A stretch of DNA of 33,052 nt, taken from positions 1 to 33,052 of the forward strand of contig BQXS01009981.1 of NCBI GenBank assembly GCA_024181965.1, given 5' to 3'. This DNA comes from Aduncisulcus paluster (taxonomy: Eukaryota). The notes beneath the pieces were generated by a model. The model was not told the origin of the DNA, searched no databases, and saw only the letters and a list, made by a program, of their open reading frames with translations. Shown piece by piece: positions 9,401-18,572 of this stretch. Each line of letters starts with the position of its first letter. Position 1 is the first letter of the stretch. The translations under genes were made by a program, and so were the position numbers.

Positions 9401-10964
9401 GAAATTGTTCTTTTTTCCTGCCTTTTCCAGTAATTTCACACAAAACCACATCAGATAGATCAACAGGAAGGAAATACCAAAAATAACAACCACGACTAAA
9501 TACAGAAAATTCGAACCTTCTGGATATTTTCTCACCTTTTGAAGAGGTGAGAGTCAATATGAGATGTGATGGAGGTGAACCATGCTCAGAATAATCTCCT
9601 AAGGCAATATAAACCCCTTTCATTGGAGATGATGAAGGGAAAGGAATGTAGAGTTTTGTAAAAAATCCATAATTTCGTAAATTCTTAATATTTCTCCACT
9701 CACCATCCATCATTTCTCGTGCTTCATAACTTTGATCGTAACCGGGTTGTTTTAGAAACATTATTTTCTTGGTTTCATCCTTAGCTTTGATTGAGGCACA
9801 CTCTGGACTCTTAATATTGGGGGCATCTCGGGGAATTGGACAGCAACTAAAATCTCCTTGATGCAAAAACTCAGGTTTCACAACTAAAGGTGAAGATGAT
9901 GAAACTTTCTTGAAGGAACGAGGAAGAGAGGTGGGAATATCATCATCTCTGATGAAAACAAGGGTGTTCATATGGAAATCTCGACATTTTGAAATCCAAC
10001 TTTCTTTGCCTTCAATCTCACACAAAATTACGTCTGCCAAATCAATGGGGAGGAAATACCATTCATAGGTATAGCTCTTTCCGAGAATTGTGAATTCAAA
10101 CTTTTTGGATGTCTTCTTATCATTCGAATCTGTGAAAGTGAAGAAAAGAGAGGGTGAACAATACTTCTCTTTTACACAGATATAAGCACCTTTCATGGGA
10201 CTGGGAGATGGGAAAGGAATGGAAAGATGGGTTAAGTACACTTCACTTTCCCCTTCTAACATTTTCTGAGCTTCTGAACTCTTATCGTAATACTCAGAAT
10301 GCTTACTCACCGAATCATTTTTGCACTTAACGATTGAGAATGAAGGATCCAAAATTCTTGGATCATCCCGTGGAATGGGCATATGTTCTCTACCGCCTTC
10401 ATTACAAAACTCTGGTTTTACAACTGGGACTTCAGACCATAATTTCTCTCTGGCTTCACGAGCTATGATTTCTTCAGGAGTTTCGTCTCTACTTATGAAA
10501 ACAAGAGAGTCGATTTTAAAATATTCTTCCTCTCTTCCTTTCCCTATAATCTCACACAGAACAACATCGGGAAGATCAATAGGAAGGAAATACCAATCAA
10601 CATTTTCAAACTCGTGTTTTTTGGATATTTTATCTTTCTTTGAGGTTGTGAAAGTGAAGATAAGATGTGAAGGAGGGTCGTAAGAATTTATACAAATGTA
10701 GGCACCTTTAATTGGGGAGGATGAAGGGAAAGGAATACTGATGTCGGTAAATTTTGCACTATGCCACTCCCCTTTCATCATTTTTTGGGCTGAATCACTT
10801 TGGTCGTACCAATAACTACCTTCTTCTTCGCTTGCATTTCTTGCCCTGATAGTCCATTTTGGACTCTTAATATTGGGGGAATCTCTAGGAATTGGACAGA
10901 AATGACAATCTCCCCTTCGAATAAACTCTGGATTAACGATTTGAATAGCTGTGGATGAACTCAT
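6426..10964 (-). CDS. Ser/Thr protein kinase with five N-terminal tandem copies of an unnamed domain (A-B-A-B-B); no signal peptide or TM helix seen
   Basis: Kinase motifs IGSGGFGEV, VLKKM, alphaC Glu (KEFK), HRDVKPDN, DLG (for DFG), GTLVYNSYE (for APE), SDGYSLG. The N-terminal ~900 aa is made of five homologous units (PIPRD...IPFPSxSPMKGAYICV...KKYEF...WYFLPIDL..VVLCEI.GKG...SLVF). Confidence 0.92.
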   Translation of the reverse strand: MSSSTAIQIVNPEFIRRGDCHFCPIPRDSPNIKSPKWTIRARNASEEEGSYWYDQSDSAQKMMKGEWHSAKFTDISIPFPSSSPIKGAYICINSYDPPSHLIFTFTTSKKDKISKKHEFENVDWYFLPIDLPDVVLCEIIGKGREEEYFKIDSLVFISRDETPEEIIAREAREKLWSEVPVVKPEFCNEGGREHMPIPRDDPRILDPSFSIVKCKNDSVSKHSEYYDKSSEAQKMLEGESEVYLTHLSIPFPSPSPMKGAYICVKEKYCSPSLFFTFTDSNDKKTSKKFEFTILGKSYTYEWYFLPIDLADVILCEIEGKESWISKCRDFHMNTLVFIRDDDIPTSLPRSFKKVSSSSPLVVKPEFLHQGDFSCCPIPRDAPNIKSPECASIKAKDETKKIMFLKQPGYDQSYEAREMMDGEWRNIKNLRNYGFFTKLYIPFPSSSPMKGVYIALGDYSEHGSPPSHLILTLTSSKGEKISRRFEFSVFSRGCYFWYFLPVDLSDVVLCEITGKGRKKEQFQILSLVFFREETLEEIIARETKEKQWYEAPIMKTEFVKEGGREFIPISRDDSRVLDPSFSLVKCKDNWYSKESTLYDRSLNAQKMLKGESFVSFSNFSIPFPSPSPIKGAYICVYKDWSSPTILITFTDFNGSKIFKKYEFPKSKHKYEWYFLPIDLNNVVLCEIEGKGRWDQKPSPIIKIESLVFIGREETPEEIISREAKEKLWSEVLVVKSEFFKKGNEDSEGRDSIPISRDDPKLVAPSLSMVKCKDASYSRESEYYDRSLDAQKMLKGEGDVYLSHLSIPFTSPCSMKGVYSYVSEDEWIPSLLITFTNSDGKKTFKKYEFIKPKYIYEWHFLPIDLPNVVLCEIEGNGLWYGGWSKGNSRCFHINSLVFIQDDDITTSFHLHAPDSSSSLKVLSVGKDVKPLIPQPLVKEEVKIDKDSVPKDYKQKWKDKEKSNHDNVKYKPKFDSLTLTSASTLTSQCIIGSGGFGEVLLVKVDDIPFPCVLKKMLQSADEKVVKWCRKEFKVQLKLFTNPKCFNRIPRPLYILDLLDCDMKGVYGFLMEFCVGGSVSAFAKRWCADGKYVSVVDDSEPSDLDSSSGSGFESDDHDRFDPMILNPVKVCSLCVGMIECLDDVFTAKPKLVHRDVKPDNFLVRVDPKNGECTVVLADLGFVQIQDSVSSSTSSKSFVTPSSSFSSSSSFLSSSSHSNSESKRSICGTLVYNSYETLRHGIQSQISDGYSLGMIECLDDVFTAKPKLVHRDVKPDNFLVRVDPKNGECTVVLADLGFVQIQDSVSSSTSSKSFVTPSSSFSSSSSFLSSSSHSNSESKRSICGTLVYNSYETLRHGIQSQISDGYSLGMSILALFLCCDPFLQLPVMRGIDNPVKFMGKLIELMKSNLYPHISSSSPLFDSLLTIDDGKYEPLHKVFNEVFTGLTLHDHKKRMSVHDAREIVQPIKFLLPTIGEDFACPSIDDVIKEQKWKHFGSAGTIFGDSEMQKSIRKSHYLS
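6870..7573. repeat. Perfect 348-bp tandem duplication inside the kinase domain (116 aa, in frame)
   Basis: 6870-7217 matches 7218-7565 with no mismatch seen. CATTCCAA occurs at 6870, 7218 and 7566 (8-bp junction microhomology). Confidence 0.95.
8270..10950 (-). repeat. Array of five diverged ~500-600-bp domain-coding units
   Basis: Approximate units: A 10950-10490, B 10420-9945, A 9880-9375, B 9310-8835, B 8770-8270. Three of the four junctions use an EETxEEIIxRExxEKxW linker. Confidence 0.9.
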
Positions 10965-11743
10965 TGGTTAGGATATCTACGATCGATTTAGGTTTTTGTT
11001 GGCTTTGAAATATGGATAAAATATGATAAAAATAAATATAATGAATATATTAAAAGGATAAAAACATTCAAAAGAGAGCAGAAAGTTATGGTTAATAGAG
11101 ACAACGATCAACAACACAAATATTGAGTTAATTGAACATACAACAAGGAGTATTAGTGATATCTTGGATTGGTTGAACAGAAATTATTCAGTTGAATATA
11201 GTTTTGTCACCAGATAACACCTAAAAGAGGCCAAAAAAGCCAAAATTTAATAGACCCACTTTTTTGAACCATTTCGCTGAAATTCATGCATAAAAAAACA
11301 CCTTCAAATGATTTATAACCAATATAAATTATAAAGACATATTTTTCAATGAAATCCATATGCATTTTCCGGGTTAGAATAAGAATTGCTCCTTGAGGCA
11401 TGCTTTGGGTTTATTTGAGACATTTCCTAGATTGATTAAAGTTTATTGCTCTTTCATCAACTTCCTTCAAGGACTAAGAAGTTCTTATCGGGAATGATCT
11501 CTGAGATATTCGTCTGTAATTGGATCTCTCACAGAAATAAGATTATACAGATCTAGCAGAACATTTATTGAAACCAACGCCACCTCGAATCCTGCCAACT
11601 CCTTCCCACCAATGCACAAAACTACCGTTGGAAAAGAGAAAGAAAGTCACTCACACTTTTCAGTTGTTTTTTCTCAATCAAATCGCCAGAGTCCTGATAA
11701 TTCGAATCGTCTCTTGATGTAGCTAATTCAAATTGTTTAGAAC

Positions 11744-14700
11744 CTATTTCTTCCAAGTTTTGTATCGAAGAGGATGAAGAAGACGAGAATATTTCTCTGA
11801 GATAGTCTTTCCCTTTGAAAAAATGTTACTCGATTTGGAAGGGTCCAGGGCAGCCTTTTGGAGATTTCCAATGGCCAAATAAAGCTTTAAGCCCAGTTCA
11901 CCCTCTTTTCCAATGGGAGCCATTTTAACTTGACGTGCAAATCCAGATTCATCAACTTCAATTTCCAATATTCGGCGTATTTCCTCAAATGCAGGCGGTT
12001 TTTGCTTCAATAATACCTTATCGCACCGTTTTTTAACCATTTTAGTCGGAGCAAATACTTCAAATAAAGTGATTCCGAAAGCAAAGAAATCCTTATCAAT
12101 CAAACCAGATAATTCTGGAGGTGGAGAATATTTCTCAGAATAGACTCTATCTGGGGTTGGAATATCTTTAGTTACATCAGTAGGCATAGGTCTTCTCCGT
12201 GTGTCTGATCTTGATGCGTATTGTTGAGGCGTTGAGATGGTTTTTGTGCCCTCTGGTCTCTCTTGAGAATGGTCCAAGTCAGCAATAACGATGCAAAGAG
12301 CAGGGTCAGTTGGAGATTTGTCCATAGTACGTTCAGAACCATCAATTTTAACACGCAAAGTCGACTTTGTAACGAGAAAATTGGCAGGTTTTATGTCACC
12401 ATGATTTTTGGATGCTTTGTGGAGAACATAGCAACAATCCATTATTGCGAAACAAATCTGAACAAGCACATAACTCAAAGGAAATGAAATGTAGTATGGT
12501 TTCCGCCCAGGAGTGACAAGACGGTGATTATCATGCAAATACTTTATGAATCTAGTTAAATCTGAGTCACACAATTCCATTAATAGATAAATCGAGCGAT
12601 CTAATGATTCGTCTAAGCAATCCGAGATGAAAACGGCATAAATTCTAGGAACAACTCGAATTTTGGTGCTTGTTGTACCGCATGAATAATCTTGGATTTT
12701 TGAGCATGTTGTGCAATAATTCAAACACGTATGAAACCCTTTCTCAATTTCTTGATGCAAAAGTTGAACTTTCTCAATAAATCTATCATGATTTTGACTA
12801 CACCCTTTCAAGCTAGTAAGTAGCTCATCTCGGGCTCTTGAAGTAAATTCCTTCAAAGCATATGTGTTTGAACTCCCCCATATGGATTTTGGGGAGGAAG
12901 AGGAAGAAGAGGAAGAGGAAGCGGAAGAGGAAGCGGAGGAAGAAGAAGGGGAAGAGGAAGAGGAAGAAGGGGAAATACCATCAGTAAGATGGGAATAAAT
13001 ATCACATTTGCGGAATAGTTTAGGATCAGGCCTGTATATTATCGGGTTAAATTTCTTAGTCTTTGAAACTCCATATGGATTCCACCATTTCCACATGTTA
13101 ATGCGAAGTGAGGACCATTGTTTCGATGAATTGAATAATTTGGCCTTTTCAATCTTGATTTTGTATACTTTTCCAAATCCTCCGGAACCAATGCATCGTT
13201 CTGATGTTTTTGAACAGAAACATGGAAGCGTAGATTTAATTGATTTTGGCATGAAAATAATGGGGTTTGGTTGACGTGTCAATTCTTCTTCTTTTGGATA
13301 TCCTTTCGATATGATAGACGGGGATTTAGGGAGATCAAACCACGGAGAAGGAATATCAATGTGAAAACAATATGGTGAAAATGATGGAGACTCACAAGCT
13401 GATCTCTTTTTCTTTCTCATTAATGCTGTACTTGGCTTGATTGATGTAGAAAGTTGTGCAGAAAAAAAGACTTCACCGTCAGAAAGGTGGGGATGTAAAG
13501 GAGTGGTGTCAGTATGGTCAGATGAAGAGGTGGATAACAAGTTGTAAGATGAACAAGGGAGCTCGATTGATTCTTGGATTTTACGCTTCGGTTTCGAAGA
13601 AGAGAGAGAAGAGGAAGAAGAAGAGGAGGTGGAATCAAAAATGATAGAAGACGTGGAAGACGAAGATTTCAATGAAGATTTAGACTTTCTTGCCTTTAAA
13701 TTCTTTTTTCTCGTTTGGTCAATCAACTTTTTTTCTGCAAGAATCAATTCTTCCCCTTTCTTTTCCAGTTGGTCCAACATTGTGACAAGTAAATCACACA
13801 TTCCATGCAAATTATCGATGATATCTTTATGATCAGCAATGGATGATGGGGTTTTCTTGGACGGAGAATCCCATTTGACACATATAAGTCTATTAGGAAG
13901 CTTCTCCAAAAATGATCTGATATTTTCAAGCTCAGAAACAAACACAGATTCATAGATTGACAATGATTTAAATATCATGGATATTTGTGTCTTTTCTTGT
14001 TCGGTTTTTTCTCCCCGTTTCCTGCTTTTTTTGATCAAATCAAATCGATATGTGATATCATTGTGGATTACCTGAACAATGCCAATCAACATGGAGAGGG
14101 CTGACCCTAATTTGATGGAACTCCCACTGAAATAGGAGAGAGAAAAGGGTAATTTGCTTGGATTGGATGGTATATCAGTTTTTTTCTTCCTTTTCTCTTT
14201 CTTCTTTTTTGAGGAAGAAGTCGAAGAAGAAGAAATGGTTGAAGAACTATCAAAATAATGAGAAATAATGGCTGGAAACTGACATTTGTAGCCATAAATA
14301 TCTTTTAATAGACCTTTTAGGGTCAGTAAATCATTATAACTAAGAAAATCATGATCCATACTTTTCAGAGTGCAAGAAAATGTTGAAGTTGGTTTTGAAT
14401 ATTCCTTCAAAAGCACCAACTTTTTTAATATCATTTTAATATGTGAAATAAATGGGAATTTATAACTATAATCACCATTTTCCTTATTAGATATCTTAGA
14501 ATCGCATTTCTTCGATTTCTTTGATTTTGGCATAGTTGTGGATCCACCTTCACTACTATAATCTCCTGATTGTGACATTTCAGAGCTCTTCCAGGCATTT
14601 GATGGATGACTTTGACAATGATATCTATCATAATCATGTGAACAATCATCGTCCACCAATCGTGACGAGTCATCATCGCCATAATAAAGACGATCAAATC

Positions 14701-16615
14701 CTTTGGAGTGACAATCATAGATTTGTGCTCCAAATCCCTTTTCTAATTCTTCGCCGGGAGTATAATAATAATGATAATAATATCTGCAACTCATGGCCAA
14801 TAGAAAAGCATGAGTGAAATACAGAGTTCTTGAGCATACAATAGATTCGAGAGACATGAATAATTCCAGATTGGCCTTTGACGTTTCTAACAGAAGTTTA
14901 ACCAGAGCCGATGGAAAACGATATGAAATGGCTGGATCATAATAATATGGCAAATTAATCCCAAAAGATGACGGGATCATGCAGAACTCCGTTCTCTTGC
15001 TGGGTTTCAACTCAGATTTGGGTATTTTTTTGCTCTTTAAAGAACTCGTACCTGCAAGAACTCCTGCGTTAATCAACATTTGATGATCTTGGGATGGATC
15101 TATCAATTTAATCTCAATGGTCTTCATAGAGGAAGAAGGAGAGGAAGAAGGAGAGGAAGAGGAGATAAAAGAAGATGAAGACAAAGATGAGGACAAAGAA
15201 CTACAAGAAAAGGGAGAAGGAGATCTCGAAGACGAACTTTTCTTGCTATTTGAAGGAGATACATGGACATCAACGAGGCCATCGATAATATGCCAGTCAA
15301 ATGGGGGATAAAATACATCACGCGGTTTCCCACCAAATTCTTTTTTTAATTTGCTGAGCTTTGGATAGGATTGTAATAAAGGGCCAACAGAGCACATAAT
15401 CATATCTCCAAGGAATTCAAGAGTACAGACAATAGGATCTTTGGTATTAAAAATCTCATTGCTTGATTTCGAGGATATTGCAGGCAAAATGAAATTAATA
15501 AACAAAGATTCACACGTGGTAAAAAATGAGGGATCATCAAGAATCGATAATTCACTACGAAATGAATATAGAACTGAGTTTACAGCCAGAATAAGTGTAG
15601 GGTCTTTCTTTCCAGTGAAAATGGTGGGGCGAGTATTATTAAGGTATTTGAGAATTGGTGGTACATATCGAAAAATTGAACGGAATAAGGAATTGTCAAC
15701 AGATAACAATGAAATTAAAAATAGAAAGTTTGGAAATATTCTGAAACCGGATTTATCAGTGGTTGTTTTGCTCATTTTGTAACAATATTTCTCAATAAAT
15801 CGGCTGGCTGACTTTGCAGACAAGAGTTTCTCCCAAATTTCTAAATATCTTCCGAATCGGTGCACAAAGATACAGAGTATTCCAAAGAGCATATTCGCTA
15901 TTTCCATTGTTTGAGTTGAGCATAGATCTGATATTGATGAGAACAAAGAGATAATTCCATCCAAATATCCAGAATATACCCGCTGGTGGAAAGAGTATTC
16001 TGGAATATAGAATAATGAACGAATAATGATTTCAACTGAAATTTGAATGCGAGTTAAGGAAGTAGAGGGAAATTTATCTAAAAAATCATTAGAAATAGTC
16101 TCAGATACGAAAGAACCGAATACAATAGAGTCAATCCACAAATCAATTTGTTTGGGTTGCAAAATAGATTTTGGAAACTCATGAATCGATGTGAGTGAGG
16201 ACGAAACTTTAAAGGATTTATATTGTACTGGAAGGAAGCGAGAATAATGATTCCACAATATGGGATTTGAAGTCAACATTTCTATAAGAATAGATTGAGG
16301 AAGTGGGGTCTCCATTAATTTGGATTCAGAAAAAATAGTTGATAATAATTCCATCAAAATGAGTTTTATATTCTTTTCCGGTTTGCAATCATCACATGTG
16401 ACGATAATTGTTATGACAGCTAATAATTCATTAAAATTATTTTCAATAAATAATTTTATATTATCACTATCGAAAGTCTCAATTGAATCTGTTAATTTCG
16501 ATACTAAATCGGAGAAACACCAAGGAAGTGAGGAAGGAATGTAAGAGGAGAGGGAGGAAGAATGATTCGTAGTAAATTTCAATATTTCAATTAAATCTTC
16601 TTTAATTCGATCCAT
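11744..16615 (-). CDS. Large protein with a C-terminal divergent (non-RD) protein kinase domain
   Basis: 1623-aa ORF with IGSGGFGKVYK (~13190), YALKEF (~12860), LLMELCDSDL, HGDIKPANFLV (~12400), IADLD and DFFAFGITLFE. The N-terminal ~1100 aa is helical and Ser-rich with no family I recognise. Confidence 0.88.
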   Translation of the reverse strand: MDRIKEDLIEILKFTTNHSSSLSSYIPSSLPWCFSDLVSKLTDSIETFDSDNIKLFIENNFNELLAVITIIVTCDDCKPEKNIKLILMELLSTIFSESKLMETPLPQSILIEMLTSNPILWNHYSRFLPVQYKSFKVSSSLTSIHEFPKSILQPKQIDLWIDSIVFGSFVSETISNDFLDKFPSTSLTRIQISVEIIIRSLFYIPEYSFHQRVYSGYLDGIISLFSSISDLCSTQTMEIANMLFGILCIFVHRFGRYLEIWEKLLSAKSASRFIEKYCYKMSKTTTDKSGFRIFPNFLFLISLLSVDNSLFRSIFRYVPPILKYLNNTRPTIFTGKKDPTLILAVNSVLYSFRSELSILDDPSFFTTCESLFINFILPAISSKSSNEIFNTKDPIVCTLEFLGDMIMCSVGPLLQSYPKLSKLKKEFGGKPRDVFYPPFDWHIIDGLVDVHVSPSNSKKSSSSRSPSPFSCSSLSSSLSSSSFISSSSPSSSPSSSMKTIEIKLIDPSQDHQMLINAGVLAGTSSLKSKKIPKSELKPSKRTEFCMIPSSFGINLPYYYDPAISYRFPSALVKLLLETSKANLELFMSLESIVCSRTLYFTHAFLLAMSCRYYYHYYYTPGEELEKGFGAQIYDCHSKGFDRLYYGDDDSSRLVDDDCSHDYDRYHCQSHPSNAWKSSEMSQSGDYSSEGGSTTMPKSKKSKKCDSKISNKENGDYSYKFPFISHIKMILKKLVLLKEYSKPTSTFSCTLKSMDHDFLSYNDLLTLKGLLKDIYGYKCQFPAIISHYFDSSSTISSSSTSSSKKKKEKRKKKTDIPSNPSKLPFSLSYFSGSSIKLGSALSMLIGIVQVIHNDITYRFDLIKKSRKRGEKTEQEKTQISMIFKSLSIYESVFVSELENIRSFLEKLPNRLICVKWDSPSKKTPSSIADHKDIIDNLHGMCDLLVTMLDQLEKKGEELILAEKKLIDQTRKKNLKARKSKSSLKSSSSTSSIIFDSTSSSSSSSLSSSKPKRKIQESIELPCSSYNLLSTSSSDHTDTTPLHPHLSDGEVFFSAQLSTSIKPSTALMRKKKRSACESPSFSPYCFHIDIPSPWFDLPKSPSIISKGYPKEEELTRQPNPIIFMPKSIKSTLPCFCSKTSERCIGSGGFGKVYKIKIEKAKLFNSSKQWSSLRINMWKWWNPYGVSKTKKFNPIIYRPDPKLFRKCDIYSHLTDGISPSSSSSSPSSSSASSSASSSSSSSSSPKSIWGSSNTYALKEFTSRARDELLTSLKGCSQNHDRFIEKVQLLHQEIEKGFHTCLNYCTTCSKIQDYSCGTTSTKIRVVPRIYAVFISDCLDESLDRSIYLLMELCDSDLTRFIKYLHDNHRLVTPGRKPYYISFPLSYVLVQICFAIMDCCYVLHKASKNHGDIKPANFLVTKSTLRVKIDGSERTMDKSPTDPALCIVIADLDHSQERPEGTKTISTPQQYASRSDTRRRPMPTDVTKDIPTPDRVYSEKYSPPPELSGLIDKDFFAFGITLFEVFAPTKMVKKRCDKVLLKQKPPAFEEIRRILEIEVDESGFARQVKMAPIGKEGELGLKLYLAIGNLQKAALDPSKSSNIFSKGKTISEKYSRLLHPLRYKTWKK

Positions 16616-17394
16616 TTTGAATTAATTTCTGTATTTTTCTTTTTGGATCGCGACAAAAAAATAAAAATGTTACAAAGGATTATAAATATTATTTTAAATG
16701 CAAAATTATCAGCATAGTGGATCATACTTTTTGATATTGTTGTAATCATCGTTCTATATGAATCATAAGGTCCGTACTCACAATGTGAGTCTCACATTTG
16801 GCTTGATTTTGGCACAACTCAAAAATTTAAAATCATTTGATTCTTAATTTTTTGTATCGGGTGTAATTTATTGATTCTTTTTTGTGTTGTATATTCACAG
16901 AAATCGTATATGACCATCAATGCAATGAGGGCATAGAAATGTAATTTGTAAAGAATAATCCTTGTGGAGTCGGTTGGGAGTTATTTCAGGTAACTGAGAA
17001 AACACCCCTGCTCTAGTTCCAAAATGGATTCCATTCTGATGCCTTCAAGCAGATCAAGTTGATCCTGGTGTATGTCTCCCCAACCTGACGTTTCGGAATA
17101 TATGAATCGGTAAAAACCGCATTTTCAGGAGGGAGGTTCTAATAGGTGGCTCTTCAAACCCTCCTTTTGACCTTCTTCAATGAGTATGTATTTTTGACAA
17201 AATTATTTTGCAACCCCCTGTGTTTTTTTGCCTTTGGAGGCCGTAATATATGGTGGTGCTACTTTGTGGTTGAACCACAGTGATTCTCACCTTAAAACAC
17301 AAAAAAGAAATAAAACGAAAGAGAGTGAAGATCTATTCAATTTTAGAGTACTTTATTACACCATGTAAACAATACTGGAATGCTATTGATGTGT

Positions 17395-17910
17395 TCATTC
17401 ATCTCCTCTGTCAACTTCAAGTTTTCTGATAAACTCTTCAAATGTTTGAGCCACAACAATCTTTTCATAATCACCCTCTTGATCAACGTTAACAACTTGA
17501 GGTTCTTCGCCAGCTTCACAGCCTTCATAATCCAACATGAACATGTCATGTCCAGCAGACGGGGAATCACAGATATAGACACCAGTGGCAGGATATTCCC
17601 ATCCAATAACCATACGATTGTGAGATCTAACGAGAGAATATGTTTTGGATTCATCTCCAAGACAAAAAAATCCTGTGATTTGTAAAGGATATTCTTCATC
17701 CTCCAAATAAATACAATTATAGTGGGGGGTACCACCGTTGTGAAGTTTCATAAATTCAATGTATGACGCAGGAAATTTATAACCGAGTTCATCTTCTATT
17801 TGCTTGATGAGTTTATCTGATGGGGTTTGAGCAGATACATACGCCCTCAATGCATAATCACTTTCATCCCAAAATCCTTCAAAACTATAGTCGGCAAAAA
17901 TGCTTGTCAT
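17395..17910 (-). CDS. SMI1/KNR4 (SUKH superfamily) protein, bacterial immunity-protein type
   Basis: SUKH signature PSDKLIKQIEDELGYKFPASYIEFMKLHNGG, plus ICDSPSAGHDMFMLDY, EPQVVNVDQEGDY and the C-terminal VAQTFEEFIRKL. Confidence 0.92.
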   Translation of the reverse strand: MTSIFADYSFEGFWDESDYALRAYVSAQTPSDKLIKQIEDELGYKFPASYIEFMKLHNGGTPHYNCIYLEDEEYPLQITGFFCLGDESKTYSLVRSHNRMVIGWEYPATGVYICDSPSAGHDMFMLDYEGCEAGEEPQVVNVDQEGDYEKIVVAQTFEEFIRKLEVDRGDE

Positions 17911-18572
17911 TTTGTGATGTCAAGAAAATGGGAAATTGAAGATATTTGTGGAATAAGATAAATAAGAATAATAAAAATTAAAGATTCAGATAATGGTTGG
18001 AAAATCTGGAAAGGTATCAAAGAAATATCCGTTGAAATCATCCAATTTCAATCCAAGAATAGAATCGAAATTCTGAAAACACAAACTATGGATATGTCAA
18101 GGTACCCATGACATTTATGGGATATAGATGCAACTTAACATCATGAAGGAGAACAGAAGATATTTTATAATTCGATATGTTGGCAAAACTGGGACTTATG
18201 AGACGATTTTGTGTCGGGAGTGGATTCACAAGGATGACATACAACATATGAAACAAATAAAAAGTCAACACATATTTATTTATATATTATGCAATATCAC
18301 TTTCTGTGATTGTCAGACGGGGGTTGTGAGTTTGGTCGTCGTCTTTTTCTGCGTAAATAACATATTATATATTTACTGTATGTCATATATTTTACTACTG
18401 ATACATTCAGACATATTTTAATTGGTGACTTCTAATTATACCCATGGTTGTGCTGTGTGGTCGTTTCTTGTTCGTTTTGTTCGTTTTGTCTATGTCTCGG
18501 ACTGTTCTCTTTGAAATTCGCAATTATTCAGTCTATTTTTATTTTTTTAGATAATATTCCTTCTCTATTCAA

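Noticed and set aside
11067-11081. Shared upstream motif CTGYTCTCTTT(T)GAA before the kinase and copy 1 (18502-18515)
   Set aside because: Short, low complexity, seen in only two copies and not evident before copy 2.
18128-18421. 97-aa ORF between the SUKH gene and copy 1
   Set aside because: No recognisable motif; its second half is AT-rich, non-coding-like sequence.
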